Positions 11,399 through 25,339 are shown, numbered from the stretch's first letter. The stretch is 64,000 nucleotides of DNA from Vicugna vicugna (GCA_013265495.1 MU058824.1:1205111-1269110), one strand, 5' to 3'. Made by a program: numbers and translations. The notes: generated by a model from the sequence alone, not told the origin.

Positions 11399-11868
11399 GT
11401 TCATGCAAATGCAAAATGCAGAGTCCACTTCTGTTTTCCAGTGTCTATGGGATATTTACAAAAGCGATCATAAACTAAGAAACCTCAACAAACTCCTCCA
11501 AAACAGAAACAGGAGAGGATAAATCCTGTGTCCCTGGTATGTTTAAAGTTGGGCATTTGTAACAAAAGTTAAAGCAGAAACAAAACAAAACAAATTATTC
11601 AAAAATACTTACAAAATTCCCTCAAGTAACCCAAGCATTTGGAGACATCAGCTTGAGAGCAGAAGGAGGAGAGACAGCCGGTGAGCGTGTTCTCACAGTT
11701 GGAGAAGTGGAGATAACACCAGAAGCTGAACTTCTCTTGTACTGTATTGCCAATAGCTTTTGTTTGAATTCCCTTTGATACGGATAACAATGAAGACTAT
11801 TTTAGTGCCAGAAAAAAACTGACAGTGACTTTTAAGTTTGTGTAAGGGGTAGGGCGGTGGGGAGTTGG
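9987..11868. repeat. Diverged inverted repeat; arms about 9987-10470 and 11390-11868
   Basis: Colinear reverse-complement anchors: 10086-10099/11755-11768 (14/14), 10220-10234/11628-11642 (15/15), 10402-10441/11419-11458 (36/40). Confidence 0.85.
11371..11398. repeat. (CA)n microsatellite
   Basis: Seen directly. Confidence 0.95.
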
Positions 11869-12417
11869 AAGTTGGGGTGCATAGTGGACAGTCCAGAGGA
11901 TCATGTCTCCCAAGCAGGTGCCCCATGGCCCCAGGGAAGCCTCCACCCACTTAAGTCAGCAAACACCAGCCTTGCATAACTCCTTCCTACCTACAGGGGA
12001 AGGGCCAAGGTTCCCATTCATCTAATTATAGTGTCCTGGCCACAAGGAGCCTCTAAAAATTCTCTGAGCCCAAGAGAGATGCCAACTGTCTCCTGAAGGT
12101 CTTTTGCAGAGGAAATGGGATACCCTACAGAGCCATTATGTTACCTAAACTGGAAAGACTAGGAAGAAGAAGGGTCACCTTAGCAGGCTTGAAATTCCCT
12201 GCCCTGTAGTTTGGTTGCCCTGTGTTTCCCGTTCCATCTGAGTATCCCATTTTTTTAAGCCAAACCAACAGGATCGAGGCAGCCATGGTGGCCCCAACCA
12301 GCTGGAAAGTTCCCCGAGGACTTGAACCTTCCCTTTGTGTATCTCAGCCTTCCCTGGAGTGCCAGATAACATGTGAAGGACATAATCACACCTCTACCCC
12401 AATGGCATGAGCTTAGA

Positions 12418-12543
12418 TTTGTTTTTTTGTTTTTTAAAAAATATTGTTTTTATTTATTTGGCTTGGGTTTTTTTTATTTGTTTGTTTTTAGTTTGTTTGT
12501 TTTTTTTGGTGTGGGGCAGGATAATTAGGTTTATTTGTTTATT
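12418..12543 (-). mobile_element. 5'-truncated 3' end of the vic-1-like SINE with an A-rich tail
   Basis: Minus strand AATAAACAAATAAACCTAATTATCCTGCCCCACACC followed by an A-rich tail; resembles the tail of the SINE at 7972-8109 but lacks the tRNA head. Confidence 0.65.
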
Positions 12544-12674
12544 CTGGACTTCTTTCCTTACTTGTAGAACATATGGAGGGGTGTTTGGGGAGACTAGAGA
12601 GAGAGTAAAAGCTGCTTTAAAAATCTGCATCCTCTACATCAGTGGCCAGGGAGGAGGAACGTTGCCTCCTGAAG

Positions 12675-13000
12675 CCTCAGGGTGGTTGAGGTTCTTTGGA
12701 TTACAAGAAAAAGGAACTCAACTTAAAAGCATTAAGCAAAAAAGAAAAGAAGAAAAAATTGGCTGTCACTCCAGAAAAGGACCAGGACAGATGATGTCAT
12801 TAGCTCTCTCACATTCTCTCTTTCTCCATCTCTCATCTCAGCCTTTTCTCTGTCTAGCCCTCATTCTCTCCTTCAAACATACTCTTGCATGTATTGAGGG
12901 TAGAGGGGTGACCATGATCTTCTCCAGCCAGACACTCTTAAACAAAATCCCAGGGATATACGCTGATTGGCCTAGCCGGGGTCAGGTGCCCAAAATTTGG
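12675..13000. mobile_element. MLT1-type MaLR LTR fragment
   Basis: GGTTCTTTGGATTACAAG...AACTCAACTTAAAAGCATTAAGCAAAAAAG...GATTGGCCTAGCCGGGGTCAGGTGCCCA. Confidence 0.55.
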
Positions 13001-13002
13001 GT

Positions 13003-13199
13003 CAGGGTTTCTCAACAGAGAAGCTACTTGACTTTTGAGTAGGACAATTCTTTGCTGTGGGCCACTGTCCAGGGACCCCTAGCCACTAAATGCTGGAAAT
13101 GCTCTCCAGTTATTGTAAGGACAACAGCCAAACTGCAGCCCCCATCATTTCCAAGGCCAGGGTGTGGGATGCAGTCCTGCCTTATGTAGAGAACCACTG
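13003..13199. mobile_element. MER20-like hAT DNA transposon relic
   Basis: Termini CAGGGTTTCTCAAC / GTAGAGAACCACTG; internal ACAATTCTTTGCTGTGGG and CCACTAAATGC. Confidence 0.75.
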
Positions 13200-15769
13200 C
13201 CTTCTATCAGTTGCTGAAGCCAGGGTCTCAGGGCATGGTGATGGGATAAAGCTCAGCCACTTGCCCTTTCCTGTGGTAGAGATCAGGATGGATGGGGCCC
13301 TGGGTTTGGCAACCCTGCCAGACTCCTAAGACACCAGTGGTTGGGGAAGAGTCATTTCCCAAAGGAATTATCACCAGGCTCCTATTACCAGAAGGGATGC
13401 TCTGCAGACAAAGACCACGGCTGTTGACTGCAGGCCTCTGCCCCATCCCTGAGGGGAAACATGAGTGCTCCCAAGGGGAAGAATTACCATCCTCCTCCCA
13501 CTAGCTGGCTTCCACACCTCAGCCACTCCACATTCTGAATCCCAGGATGCCAGCTCAAAATTGATCCCCGTTTACCAGGCATGGAGGCCCTCCTGATCCC
13601 TTGTGGTTTTGACTCCTTCACACGCTCCCTAGACTTTGGCCTCTGAGAAATCGAGGCTCCCTATGTCCCCAGTTAGCACCAGTGTCAGGTGGACTGAACT
13701 TGCTGGACGAAACAAGAGGCAGGAGGGAGGTTCTGTGGACTAATCCACCAGGACAAATGCCCTTTCCCTGGCGTGAGCCCGTTACAATCAAGCCATGTTG
13801 TTTTTCCAGAGCCCCAGCCACCTTCGGAGTTCAGAGAAAAAGGGAGGGCAGGCCTGTTTCTTAAGGAGCCCCAGGGTCTTCATGGCTCCACAGCTGAGCT
13901 GAGGGGTGAGGCACTAGCTGCAGCAGCCAGGCTCTGGGAAGCATCTCACATGAGTCAAAAGCAAAGGCCAGGACACATTTTAAGGAGCAATTTCAGAGAT
14001 CTGAACATTGGATGGGCACTTCTCAGACAGGCGCAGATCGTGCTGGCACCGCCAACTCTGCCCCAGGGTTCCCGCACCCAGCCCCTCAGAGGAGAGTTCT
14101 TGACTCCTCCTTCAGACTCCACGATGTAACCCAAATTCTTCCTCATTTTCAGTAAGACAGCTGAGACAACTTGGTACTTTCCAAAGGAATTTAACTATGA
14201 AGCTAAAGGAACTGAAAGAAGAAAATGCAGTAAATCCATCAAGCTTATAGAATCAGTGTGTCTCAGCTTCTGGAAGATTCTGCCCTATACTCCATTTCAG
14301 AGCTCCACTTACGCATGACTCTACAGCATTTCTGTGGTAGGCTCCTTCCTCCCAATTCCAACAAAAAGCCAGTGTGAGGTCAGGCCTCCCAGAGGCACTA
14401 CTTTTTCTCTCCTAGTTCTCACAGGCAGGGTTGAGTGGGGAAGGACAGGTCCCACTGGAGGGGCAAGACTCCAGCATGAGATCTTTCCACTCAACTGTTC
14501 TATCCTTTCTCAAACATACATAGGTCACCTCCTCTCAGCCCAGCTCTTTTTTCCTTCTGGGAGCTCATAGTTTACTGAGGGAGATGGCTGCATGTGATTA
14601 CTACCTATGGTCCGATACAGCTGGACCACCTCCTCGCCTTCGTCATCATGTTTCATCAAGAGAAACAATGGTCTGACTTCTCCCGAAACCCAAAACTTCA
14701 TATAAGATTTATCAAAAAGACAAATTTTAATGGTGCCAGAGAATTACATTGAAGTCTTTCAAAATGTGGCCTGTGCCACCCCAGCCACTTCCTTCCCTCT
14801 GAGAGGCCCTCTATCCATTCTAACATATGCCCAGTTAGCCTCCTCCTTCCACTAGTCCCACTACCCAGATCTCTGTCCCGAAAGCCCTGGGAATCTGGTG
14901 GGCGAATGAGGACCAGGTCTTGGCAGGTGGCCAGCGAGGGCAGGGGGAGAGTTTGGTGCTGCCTGTGTCACCACGATGCAACAGTACACGTGTGGTGGTG
15001 GCAGTGGCGGTCTTCTCTCTGTCCGTCCCCACGCATTACTGCTCTTCCCAGACTCTGTCCCAGGTGTTCTCACTTTGACTCAAATTTACAGCTCTTCCTG
15101 GACAACTTCAAACGCTCCTCTGGCCCCTCCGGCCTGGACATGCAGATGACTCCCAAATCCCTGTTCCAGGAATTCAGCCTCCTAAGTGCCCAGGTTCTTC
15201 CAACATGTAAACCACTCCTTAGGGGAACCTAGAGTTTGAGAAGGCCCTGTGGTCACTTACAAAGCTCTCTTTAGGACAGCAAAACCCATGACTTTTATAA
15301 GTAGGTTATTGATGATGTAACTTGGAAATTACCCTGACTTATTTATTTGCTCTTGGTCTCTCCTCCCTCCCCTGCAAATTTTAGCCTGGATAGGGTTGGA
15401 CAGTGAATAGCCCTTTTGTGTTTCAGACCAGATCGGGCATCTCCAAACTATTTATTAGCGAAATTTCCAGGTCCATCAAAGGATTTGGTTGGATTCCTTA
15501 AGAGACAGATCCTTGGATTAATCGAGACATGTGTCCTCCCACTGTGGCCAGGGAGTGACACATCCTAATTGGTCTAGGCCTAGGATTACTGCCCATCCCT
15601 GCACCAATCATAGTGGCAACTGACTGGGATTATGGTAATTGTTAAGGTCAGTCACGGACACTCAAACACCTAGAGCCCATCCAAACCACAAGGCGATCCC
15701 ACTGTGGGGAGAGTGAGAATAGATGGCAGGTGAGTAAGCCACCAATGTCCCCTGAAATGTCCTTTTGAG

Positions 15770-16071
15770 CAGCGGCTTACAAACATTGCTCAATCTTGAT
15801 CCACAGTAAGAAATACATTTTACATTGTGACCCAGTGCACACACACACACACATACACACACACAAATGCGCGCACACGGCTGGAACAAAATTTTCACAA
15901 GATCACATTTACCCTTTGCTACTGAGGACACACACTAATATTTTGTAATCCTGGCTTCTTGACCAGGTGATGCTCAATCCTATTTCAATTTTTAAAAATC
16001 CTGATCTGAGCCCACTAGATTGACTTCACAATTCACTAATGGGTGACAGTCCATAGTTTGAAAAATGCCAC
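15770..16071. mobile_element. Charlie4-like hAT relic with an internal (CA)n
   Basis: CCCACTAGATTGACTTCACAATTCACTAATGGGT...AGTTTGAAAAA; ACAGTAAGAAATACATTTTACATTGTGACCCAG. Confidence 0.65.
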
Positions 16072-17075
16072 TCTTAAGGTTTGCAGAAACTGCTTGCATT
16101 GTTTAAATGGTTGTTAAAATGTGTCATAAATACTCCAGGAATTTAAGAGGGAAATGTATAAGGAAGTGAAAGTTGGCTTCATAGAGGGCACAAAGTCATT
16201 AAGCTTATAGGGTGGTGTTTGCCATTTGTGACTCAAAAAAAAAAAAGTCTTGAGAGAAGAGATATATGAGATCCAAAGTGGGACTCCACCTTCAAGAAGT
16301 AAGACAGTCCACTGGGATAATCCCCCTGAATAGATTGGATTTGGGGCTACAAAAGACTCCCTTGGAGCGGTAACAGGGCCATGCAACACAGCTGGGTGCC
16401 CGGAGATGTTTTGTTCTGTGTTTTTTCTTACCCAGAATCCAACTCCAACCTCTGATCAGACCTATTCAGCCCTGTGGACAGCACAGTGAGCAGACAGAGG
16501 CTTTCTGGCCATGCCAGGCCCAGGCCAGTCCAAGCACCTACTGTGCGCAGGACAGTGTCTATGTATGTGGAGGAAGTGTGGGAGGAGTGAGATAAACAGG
16601 CCACGTACCCATTTGTATAAGGTTCAATGACATATACAAGTAAATAATACATTTTTCAGGATCCATTCATGTGATAAGACAAAATTCAGAACAGTGGTTG
16701 AGACTGAGAGAGAAAGACACAGGGAAGAGGCATACAGGGTCTTCCAGTAGTTAGGGCAACATTTTATTTCCTAATCTAAGTGGTGGGGAGATGGCTGGTT
16801 GTTTTATTATCTATCAAACAATAAGGATGCAATGTAGACACACTGTGTGCATACACATACACACACCTATTGGTATGTATGACAAAAATACAATAAGCCA
16901 TGAACTCTATGCTTAATGAGCTCAGAGGCTCAAGTGGGAGACAGCCATGATCACAACTAATATATTACACAATGAGAGCATAAGAAATAGAAAGGAGCAA
17001 TTCATTCTGGCTGTTTATATGACCTTGGTAAGTCATTTTATTTCTTGAAGCCTTGGGCTCTTCAGATACATTTTA

Positions 17076-17122
17076 TAGATAGATTGATAGATAGACAGAC
17101 AGATAGATGATAAATAAAGATA
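17076..17122. repeat. Degenerate (TAGA)n microsatellite within a MIR-like fragment
   Basis: TAGATAGATTGATAGATAGACAGACAGATAGATGATA. Confidence 0.8.
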
Positions 17123-19145
17123 GGTTGGTGACAGGTCTATACATATACACATATATAACAGGTTTATTGTGAGAATCAATGCATGAGAAAATATCTGACA
17201 AACTGTGAAACACTACAAAACCTGAGATAATATCATCACTTTGGGCATATTTTGCAACTGTCTGTTTCTTCTGTGAAAGTGCTACCCCACAGTTTTGTGC
17301 TCAAATGTCAGTCTGAAGGAAACAGGTTGTAAGTAACTGTAAATGATTCTCAGTCCAACATATTTTGCGTCTAGCACAGTGAGGATGGAAATAAAGACAA
17401 CACCGGCTACCACTGAATAGCCTGTGATTGTTAGAATAGGGACTCATAGCTTAATTGCTCTGTGGGACTGCTGACTCGGGGCAGAACTCAGACTAGCGGG
17501 CTACTAGGGGGAGGGGGCAGGGCCGAGAGGAGAGTGTTGTGCTTCTCCTTCGGGGGGCTCTTTCAGTCCAGGCAGCAGACCCCTGGCTCTGTGATCACAT
17601 GGGGCCCTGGCAGGTGCTGCTTCTCCCCAGTGCTGTGGCCTGAACGTGGACACAGCTCCGTCCTCTGACTCTTGTCAGCCTCAGAAAGCACAGGGACACT
17701 CTGGCTTCTGATGCTGCCAGAGTCAGCTCTCAGGATTGCTGGACCCTGTCCTCTATTACATGAGACACCCAACGCCAGCTGGAGGCCCAGCACAGCGCTG
17801 CAGGCTCCTACTCTGGGTCCTGGTTTCTGGCTCCTTGCCATCTCCATTCCACCTTAAGGTCTCCAAGGCTCATCCTCAAGAGTAAGGTTAGAATTTGTTA
17901 CGAAGACATAGGAGTTCAGATTCAAGGACCCTGCAACAAGCTGATTCCTGAACTGAGGCTCTGAAGACTCTGTCTTGGGATGGACTACGTCCCAAAGCTC
18001 AGGAGACATGGAGACCTTGGGTTAGAATCAGGTAGTTTATCAGCCAGAGTCCCAGCTGGAGAGGTAGCATACTCTAATGGGGTCATTCAAGGGGCGTTTG
18101 ATAAAAGGATTCTTCTCAAAGGCATGGCAAGGCATGGAGGAACCACAAGGGAGAATGCAGAACCCCAAGGGCTCCTGGAGGCACTGGTAACAGAAGGAGC
18201 TGCTACCAGCTCAGGTCTGAATGGGGAGGGGAGGAAGAGTTCCGGGTGCCTGGGGCTGCTTAACAGGAGCTGAACTTTTCAGTGGAGGGATGAAGCCAGA
18301 CCTTGGAGATCCCAAGATAGGGAACTCGGCAAATGAGTACCCAATCTCAGACTCCTCCCTCCCTCCCATCTCCAGCTAGTTGGCCTAATCTAACCAGGAG
18401 CTACAGGGCCAGAGAACCCACTGCCATTTCCAGATGGATCAGGTTGCCAGGCACAGAGCCAGGTGGGTCTGGAGGAGCAACTGGCTCACACAGCCTCACT
18501 ACGGAAGAGGCAGGCAGCTCGACGGGGACCAGTCTTGAGCAGCACAGCCCCACAGTCAAGAAGGGCAAACCCAGAGGGGACCAGATGACAAAAGCACTGC
18601 CAACCAGTCGATTCAGGAAGACTATCTTCAGATCACAGGAATTCAGTCAAAAGGGACATGGGAGGAGGCAAGGGCATGTCCTTGATGGCTGAATTCAAGT
18701 GTCCTGTGTTTAAGCCAAGACGAAGTCACATCTTTGCAGAGATATTTTTGGCATGCCAGAATAGAATTCATTTAGCAGTTTCACTTAAAGCAGCAGGTTG
18801 AAATTTCCCATCTACTGCTTTCAAGGACATTTAGAAGCAAATTCGTATAACACACTCCGTTATTTACTTTATTAAGCATCCTTGAGTGACTTAATGGAAA
18901 GATCTTTGTGCAACGATTCAGAATACCTCAGTGTTAGACTTCACTCTGCCTCTAACTCATTGTGTCCCTTAAATCACCCCCTTTCCCTCCCTGAGCCTCA
19001 GTTTCCCTTCTCTGTAATGTGAGAGGGTCGGCCATGATCTCTAAGATCTTTCTGATGCTGGCATGCTTAGGTTTTAATAGAAACTATGTGATCAGAACAA
19101 GTCTTGACATACTGGTCTTAGCAGTAATTTTCTCTTTTTTTTGGA

Positions 19146-20343
19146 TAGGAAACCAGGAGCTCAGGCAACAAGAGCAAAAATAAACAAGTGGGACAACATT
19201 AAACTAAAAAGCTTCTGCACAGTCAAGGAAACAATCAACAAAATGAGAAGGCAACCTATGGAATAGGAGAAAATATTTGCAAACTATATATCTGGTAAGG
19301 GGTTAATATCCATGATCTATAAGGAACTCATCCAACTCAATACCAAAAAAAAAAAAAAAAACCCCAAAAGATCTGATTTTAAAAATGGGCAAAGGATCAG
19401 AAATTATTCCAAAAAAGACATATACACATGGCCAAGAGGTACATGAAAAGACGCTCAACATCACTAATCATCAGAGAAATGCAAATCAAAAGCACACTGA
19501 GATACCACCTCACACCTGTTAGAATTGCTATTACCAAATAGATGACTAGCACTGGAGAGGGTGTAGAGAAAATGGAACTCTTGTACACCACTGGTGGAAA
19601 CGTAAACTGGTACAGTCATCACGGAAAACAGTATGGAGGTTCCTCGAAAAAGTAAAAATAAAGCTGCCATATGCTTTAGCAATCTCTCTTATGGGTATGT
19701 ATCTGAAGGAAATGAAATCAGTACCTCGAAGAGGTATCTACATTTCTGTGTTCATTGCAACATTATTCACAATAGTCAAGAAGTGAAAACAACTTCAGTG
19801 TCTTTCAACACATGAATGGATAAAGAAATCATTCATATATATATATATATATATTATATATATAAAATTCCGTCTTTAAAAAGGAGATCTGCCATGTGCA
19901 ACAACACGGATGAACCTGGAGGACATTATACTAAGTGAAATAAGCCAGACACAGAAAGACAAATACTGTATGATCTCACTCATATGTGGAGTCCAAAAGA
20001 GTTGGATTCATAGAGGCAGAGAGTAGAATGTGGTTACCAGGGCTGAAGAGGTGAGGGGATAGGGAGGTGTTGGTCAAGGGGTACAAAGCTGCAGTTACAC
20101 AGAATGAATAAGTTCTAGGAATCTAACGTACAGCATGATGATTATAGTTAATAAAACTCTACTGCATACTGCAAATTTGGGAAAAGACCAGATCTCAGGG
20201 GCTCTCATCACACACACGTACAGAAATGGTAACTGTGGAGAGAGGAATATGTGAATTACCCTGACTGTAGTAATCATGTCACTATGAATATGTACATTGA
20301 AACATGTACATTTTAAATATATACGATTTTTACTTTAAAAAAA
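19146..20343 (+). mobile_element. L1MA-type 3' end (decayed ORF2 C-terminus plus 3'UTR)
   Basis: AAACTAAAAAGCTTCTGCACAG...AGAAAATATTTGCAAAC...CTAAGTGAAATAAGCCAGACACAGAAAGACAAATACTG...A-rich end. Confidence 0.9.
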
Positions 20344-20939
20344 GGGGGAACCAGTCATGACGGATCAGCACAGCTAACTTGGTGGTCACTATGTGATTCC
20401 CTTTTGTAAGTTACAAAATTGTTTTTCTGGAATCTCTCTTGAATTGCTCCATTTCTCTGATGCAGCAAAGAGGCAAGAGAACATAATTGCTTTCCAGTGG
20501 ACTCGTGCCCATGAAAACAAACCCAAGGGTACGGCTGCTAAAAAGAATCCAGTCTGCCACACTTCCTATTTATTTGGCTTTGGAGAATTGGGCAGAGCAG
20601 AACTGAGGAAGGCGTGATACACCGCACTGAGTCATCACCTGAAATGGCTTCCACCTCCAAGAGCCTCCTGCAGGCGGGGCTGCGAAGGGACAACTTACTC
20701 TCACAACTTCCCCCTTAGCGCACAGAGGAAGACACTTGTGCTTACTTCCTCATTACAATTCCTGCCCACAGTTCATTTCTCTCATTTTTGTTAGCAAAGA
20801 AAACAAAACCAGTGTTTGCACGTGTACTTTCTTTGGATCCTGGCATTAAATCTGACTTCCTGTAAGAGGGATTTGCTGTGTTTGCCTGTCCACCTCCTCC
20901 TTCCTCCTTCCTTCAGGGACAGCACACTCACCTTCTTCC

Positions 20940-21460
20940 TTAGACGTCTGCTCCTCCCCGGCTGCAGCCAGGCGGTAGATTTTAGTGAAGCTGCCAATCA
21001 TTGATTCTTGACCCCTGGCCAATCATGGAACCCCATTCCCCAGCCTCCGGGACTTGAATGAGGAGACTGATAAAAGCTGGGCCAATCAGCTGGGATGTGT
21101 ATCCAGTAAAGCAGGGGGAGGAGAGACACGTTCTCATTGCCTTGGCATGGCTGAGCTAAATAAGATAGGCCAAGGAGCCTCAGTGGCCATGCCTCCTGTG
21201 CCCTGCCCTTGCCAGGAGGAAGCCAGCCTAAGCAAGAGAAAATGAGGCCCGAGCACAGAGAAGAGTCAAGATGAGTGATGGAGGGAAAGGGACGGGAGTA
21301 GGAGGAAGAAGACTTGACAATATATTGACAATTTATTTATCTGGACACAGTGATCCCAGTAGGAGGCCCACCTTCTATAAGAGCCAGTAATTCTCCTTTT
21401 TAAATTAAGCTAGGTTTACTTGGATTTCTGTCCCATAACCAAAGAGGCCTGAATAATACA
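20940..21460. mobile_element. ERVL/MaLR-type solo LTR
   Basis: GCTGGGCCAATCAG and terminal TTAAGCTAGGTTTACTTGGATTTCTGTCCCATAACCAAAGAGGCCTGAATAATACA. Confidence 0.6.
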
Positions 21461-24400
21461 GAACATGGAACCTGCACATGAGGACTTGTAAATGATAAGG
21501 AGATAGACCCTAAAGTGTGTAACTGGCTGAGGCGTGGTGGCGAGGGGCCACGGGGATGCCTTTCTCCAGGGGGCTGGGGTGGAGAAGCTGGCATATCCAG
21601 ACCATGTGCCTATCAAAGCAGCCTGCGAAATATTTGCCGGCTGTCAGGAGAGGGCTAGGCCAAAGGATATCAGGATGTCAGAATGGGCTGGCTACACGCT
21701 ACCCAAAAGGATGCTTCCATCGAAGCTGGGCTGTTTGAAAGCTGGAGGGAACAGCAGGCAGGTAAAAGAGAGGCTCCTCCTCGCAGCAAGATTTCAAGGG
21801 TGCAGAGAGGTTGGTGACGCTTCTTCCTTAAAGAACTGGAGCAGCAGAAATCTATGGCTGGGAAGGGGGATACTCTGGGGGAGCCAGAGAAGGAGGGAGA
21901 ATCTCATCCTGAAGCTGTGTTGACTGGACACAGCCCAGGGCCTGTGGGGACTGCTTCCCCTCTCCCCGCTTTTAAACAGAATTTTGCGAACATACATAGA
22001 GCGGCTGAATTTAATTTAATCACAGGTGGCAAGAATATGAGTATGGCCAATTGGCTTCTCAACTAGAACCTGATCAAACTATGGCTTTTTCAATTATTCA
22101 GCACATATTGACCGAGCACCTACTAAGTGACAGATACTCATCTAGCCCCCCCAGGGGACATGATAATGACGAAAACAAACAACCAAATCTGGTCCTTATC
22201 TTCCTTCCCATAGCAGGAACAATACCACCATCCAGGCAACCGGCCAGCTTCAAATCCCAGGAATCATTCTCTCATAACTGAGACCTTGCAGCAAGACTCC
22301 CCCAAAATTCATCCCAAATCTGCCCACTTCTCACTGTCTCCACTGCCTCAGCCACAGCCCGGAACATCATCTCCAAAATGCTAAATCGCTGCCAACGGTT
22401 TATTAACGAACGGGTCCATCCGCCTCCAGCGCTGAGCCCACAGTCCGTTCAGCACACGTGTTGCAGTGGCCTTTCAAACAAAAATCAGTTCCTAGACTTT
22501 TAAACCCAACAGATCTGTTGACAGCAAAAAATCTAGACAGCTGTATTCATCTCAGTAATAAAATTAATGCTCACTGCAGGAGGTATATGTTTATAAGACT
22601 CTCCATGTGCTTTTAAAGAGCTAATGCTGGTTTTGTATTTTTTGATAGTGGACAATGTCATGATGATACTACTGCCTCAAAAGTAAAAATAAAGCCAGTT
22701 TGCATCCTTCTCCTGCTTAAAACCCTCCCGTAGCTTCTCAGAGCAACCAGACATAAAATCCAAACCTTGTACCTTAGTCTGCAAGAACTGAGGTGATCTG
22801 CAGCCGCCCACCCAGCCTCCCTTTTCTTGCTCTGTATTCTATCCCATTTCCTCTCTCTCCAGCTCCTTCCAGCTTCTTTCTGTTCCTCGGACATGCCAAA
22901 TGAGTTTGCATCTCCAGTCTTTTACAAAATCTGTGGTTCCTCCTTCTTGGGACGTTCTACTCCCAGATCTTTGCAAGCTGCCTCCTTTCCATTGTCCAAA
23001 GGTAACAGGATGTTCAATGGGACTTTTCCTGTTTTCCAGGAATTTCAGCTAAAGCCCATAAATGCATACAAAGAGCACACCCCTTTCTCAAGAGAGCACC
23101 CACTAGTGACACCAGATTCCTTTCCCAGGGCTCACTGAAAGATGTCAGACGGTCCCCATCCCCCTCCCTCCTTTCTAATCTTCAGGAGAGGACTGGGAAG
23201 GAGAGAATGAGGGGAGTTCAAGTCAGAATCACCTGCCTTGTGGGGAGTGCAGTGTTTGGGGTGAGAGGTGACTCTCCCCCAAGACAAATATTGGGGAGGC
23301 TCCAAAGAATCAGCCACAGAGAGGGCCTTCCTGAGAGGAGGGGAAATTCGCATGCCATTCCCATGTTGGTTATCATTTTCTAATTTGCCCTTGGACTTAG
23401 CTAAGTAAGATGGAGGAAGACTCAGATTGTTTCAAGATGGGAATTGGGACAGAAGGGGAGCCACCTACTCTCTGCTGTTGCTCTGGCAAGAATTTCCAGT
23501 TGGGCTAAGTGGACAGTACTGAAGGTAGTTGGTCCTACCTTGTGTAGGAAAGTCCTCCAGAGGATGCACCAGCATTTGAATGCCTGCCACAGAGAGGGTG
23601 TCAGTGGCCACCAGAAGCCAGAGAAGTAGGAACAGCCAACCTGGAAGGGACAATAGCCATGGGCAGGTGAGTAAAGAAACCCTCGTCCTGTTTCCTCTCC
23701 TTCCTCCCAGCACAAACATGCCTGAAGGGCTGAGCCTTGAAGAAGGGAGGAGAGAAGGCACCTCACGACCTGATCACAGTCTCTCCATCTTCATTCTTAG
23801 AGGTCAAGATCTCAGCTCAAGAATGCTCCATGTGCAGGCAGAGGAAGGGAGAAGGATTAAAATGGAGTTTGAGACTGAAATCTTCAAGGAGACTGGATTT
23901 TAACCAGGAAGTTGTGGAATCTTCCGGTGTCTGTCCTGGGTCTGTTTGCCCTGCAGATGCATTTCTCACTTTCCCAACCCTGCACTGTCTTAGGATGGGA
24001 GGGCAGGTCGGGGGCTGTGGTGCCCAGGCTGCCGGCTCAGTTGACTCTCTGATACCTTTGGTAGGTGAGGGCTCGCAAAGCAGGAGGAAGGGACCAATCA
24101 AGGCATTCTTCTCCCACCCTATCTGCCTCTAGTGTAGTTTCTGGCTGTGGGCTCTTCTTCCTTTGTGACTCCAGGCCCAGCACATGCTCGTCTGTTTGCT
24201 GTTTGATGCTCGTCGCTGGGCTCTAGCAACACATCCTCCTCCATTTGCCCCTCTTTTGATAATATCTGAATAGTCTCATTGTGCCCTGTTCAGTTTCTCA
24301 GCTTTTCCATCACTCATGTAACTAATTGTCTGCTTCAGATTCCCACTGTTTCAAATACTGAAAGTGCTTTTTTGTCTTTTGGGTGGACCTTCACTCATAT

Positions 24401-25339
24401 ACTTCCCCAGAAGTTCATAAGGGTCTATGCTATAAAGACCATGCTCCAAATATAGCACGGTCAGGGAGTGCATCTACAAGAAATCAAATAGTTCTATATT
24501 TACACCTTAATCAAGACATCCAATACACCGGTTGCAAACAACTCAAATGTCATCTCTTCAGAAGGGTATCTCAGCGTCCCCCTCCCCAAATCACACCTTA
24601 TTGTTTTGTCTTAGCAATTTTCAGTACCTGATTTCATCTTATCTATTTGTTTGCATGTTTGTTACCTGTTTCCCTGCCCACTGGAATATAAGATCCTTGA
24701 GGGCAGTTACTCTTCTTCTATACCCCTGTGCGCTCAATAATTGATAACTGACTGACCAGCATCAAGATCCAGTGGAATGGAATGTACATCATCCAAGCAC
24801 CCTCAACTTGCAGCAGCTGGATATGATAGCTGAGTGTCACTGTGGTTGTCAAATCTTAAGGAGAAGGTAAGCACATTTTTATTGTACGTGAATTAAAGCA
24901 TTCTTAGAATTGTATATATGGGAGAGAGGGGGAGAGAAACTCAAGAGGTCCAATGTAATGAGTGTCTTTTATTTCCTCTTGACAAGTTACTTTTTCTTTC
25001 TTCTGTAGCATTCTCCTTTCTTCGAGTAATTGCTCCTATCCTGGCCATAAAACCATGTAAGAATGCAGAATTTGAGAAGGTGGGATTTTTTTGGTAATCT
25101 TTTAAATTTCATTTGTGGTTAGAATATTCAGATTTTCTACCTATTTTTGCATCAGTTTTGATCATTACATTTTCATAGCATATCATCGATCATATTTTAT
25201 AGAACAATGTGGGTGGTGGGGCCCTGATTTGAAACTGACTCTAAGGACAGGGAGAGCCGAACCACTGGGGGATTGCAGTAGGTGCCTCTTGTGTCTGCAC
25301 CTTTAGTAGCCCTCTAGCACGTCTGATTTCAGCCTTAGC

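Noticed and set aside
9712..11790. Two ORFs with similar peptides (EEFSFWQCLYCFSN / EKFSFWCYLHFSN) suggesting a duplicated gene
   Set aside because: By-product of the DNA-level inverted repeat; indels break the frames and no protein family or splice structure is recognisable
12407..13042. Longest ORF in the track (211 aa, hydrophobic N-terminus)
   Set aside because: Built from a T-rich SINE tail and an LTR relic; no recognisable domain
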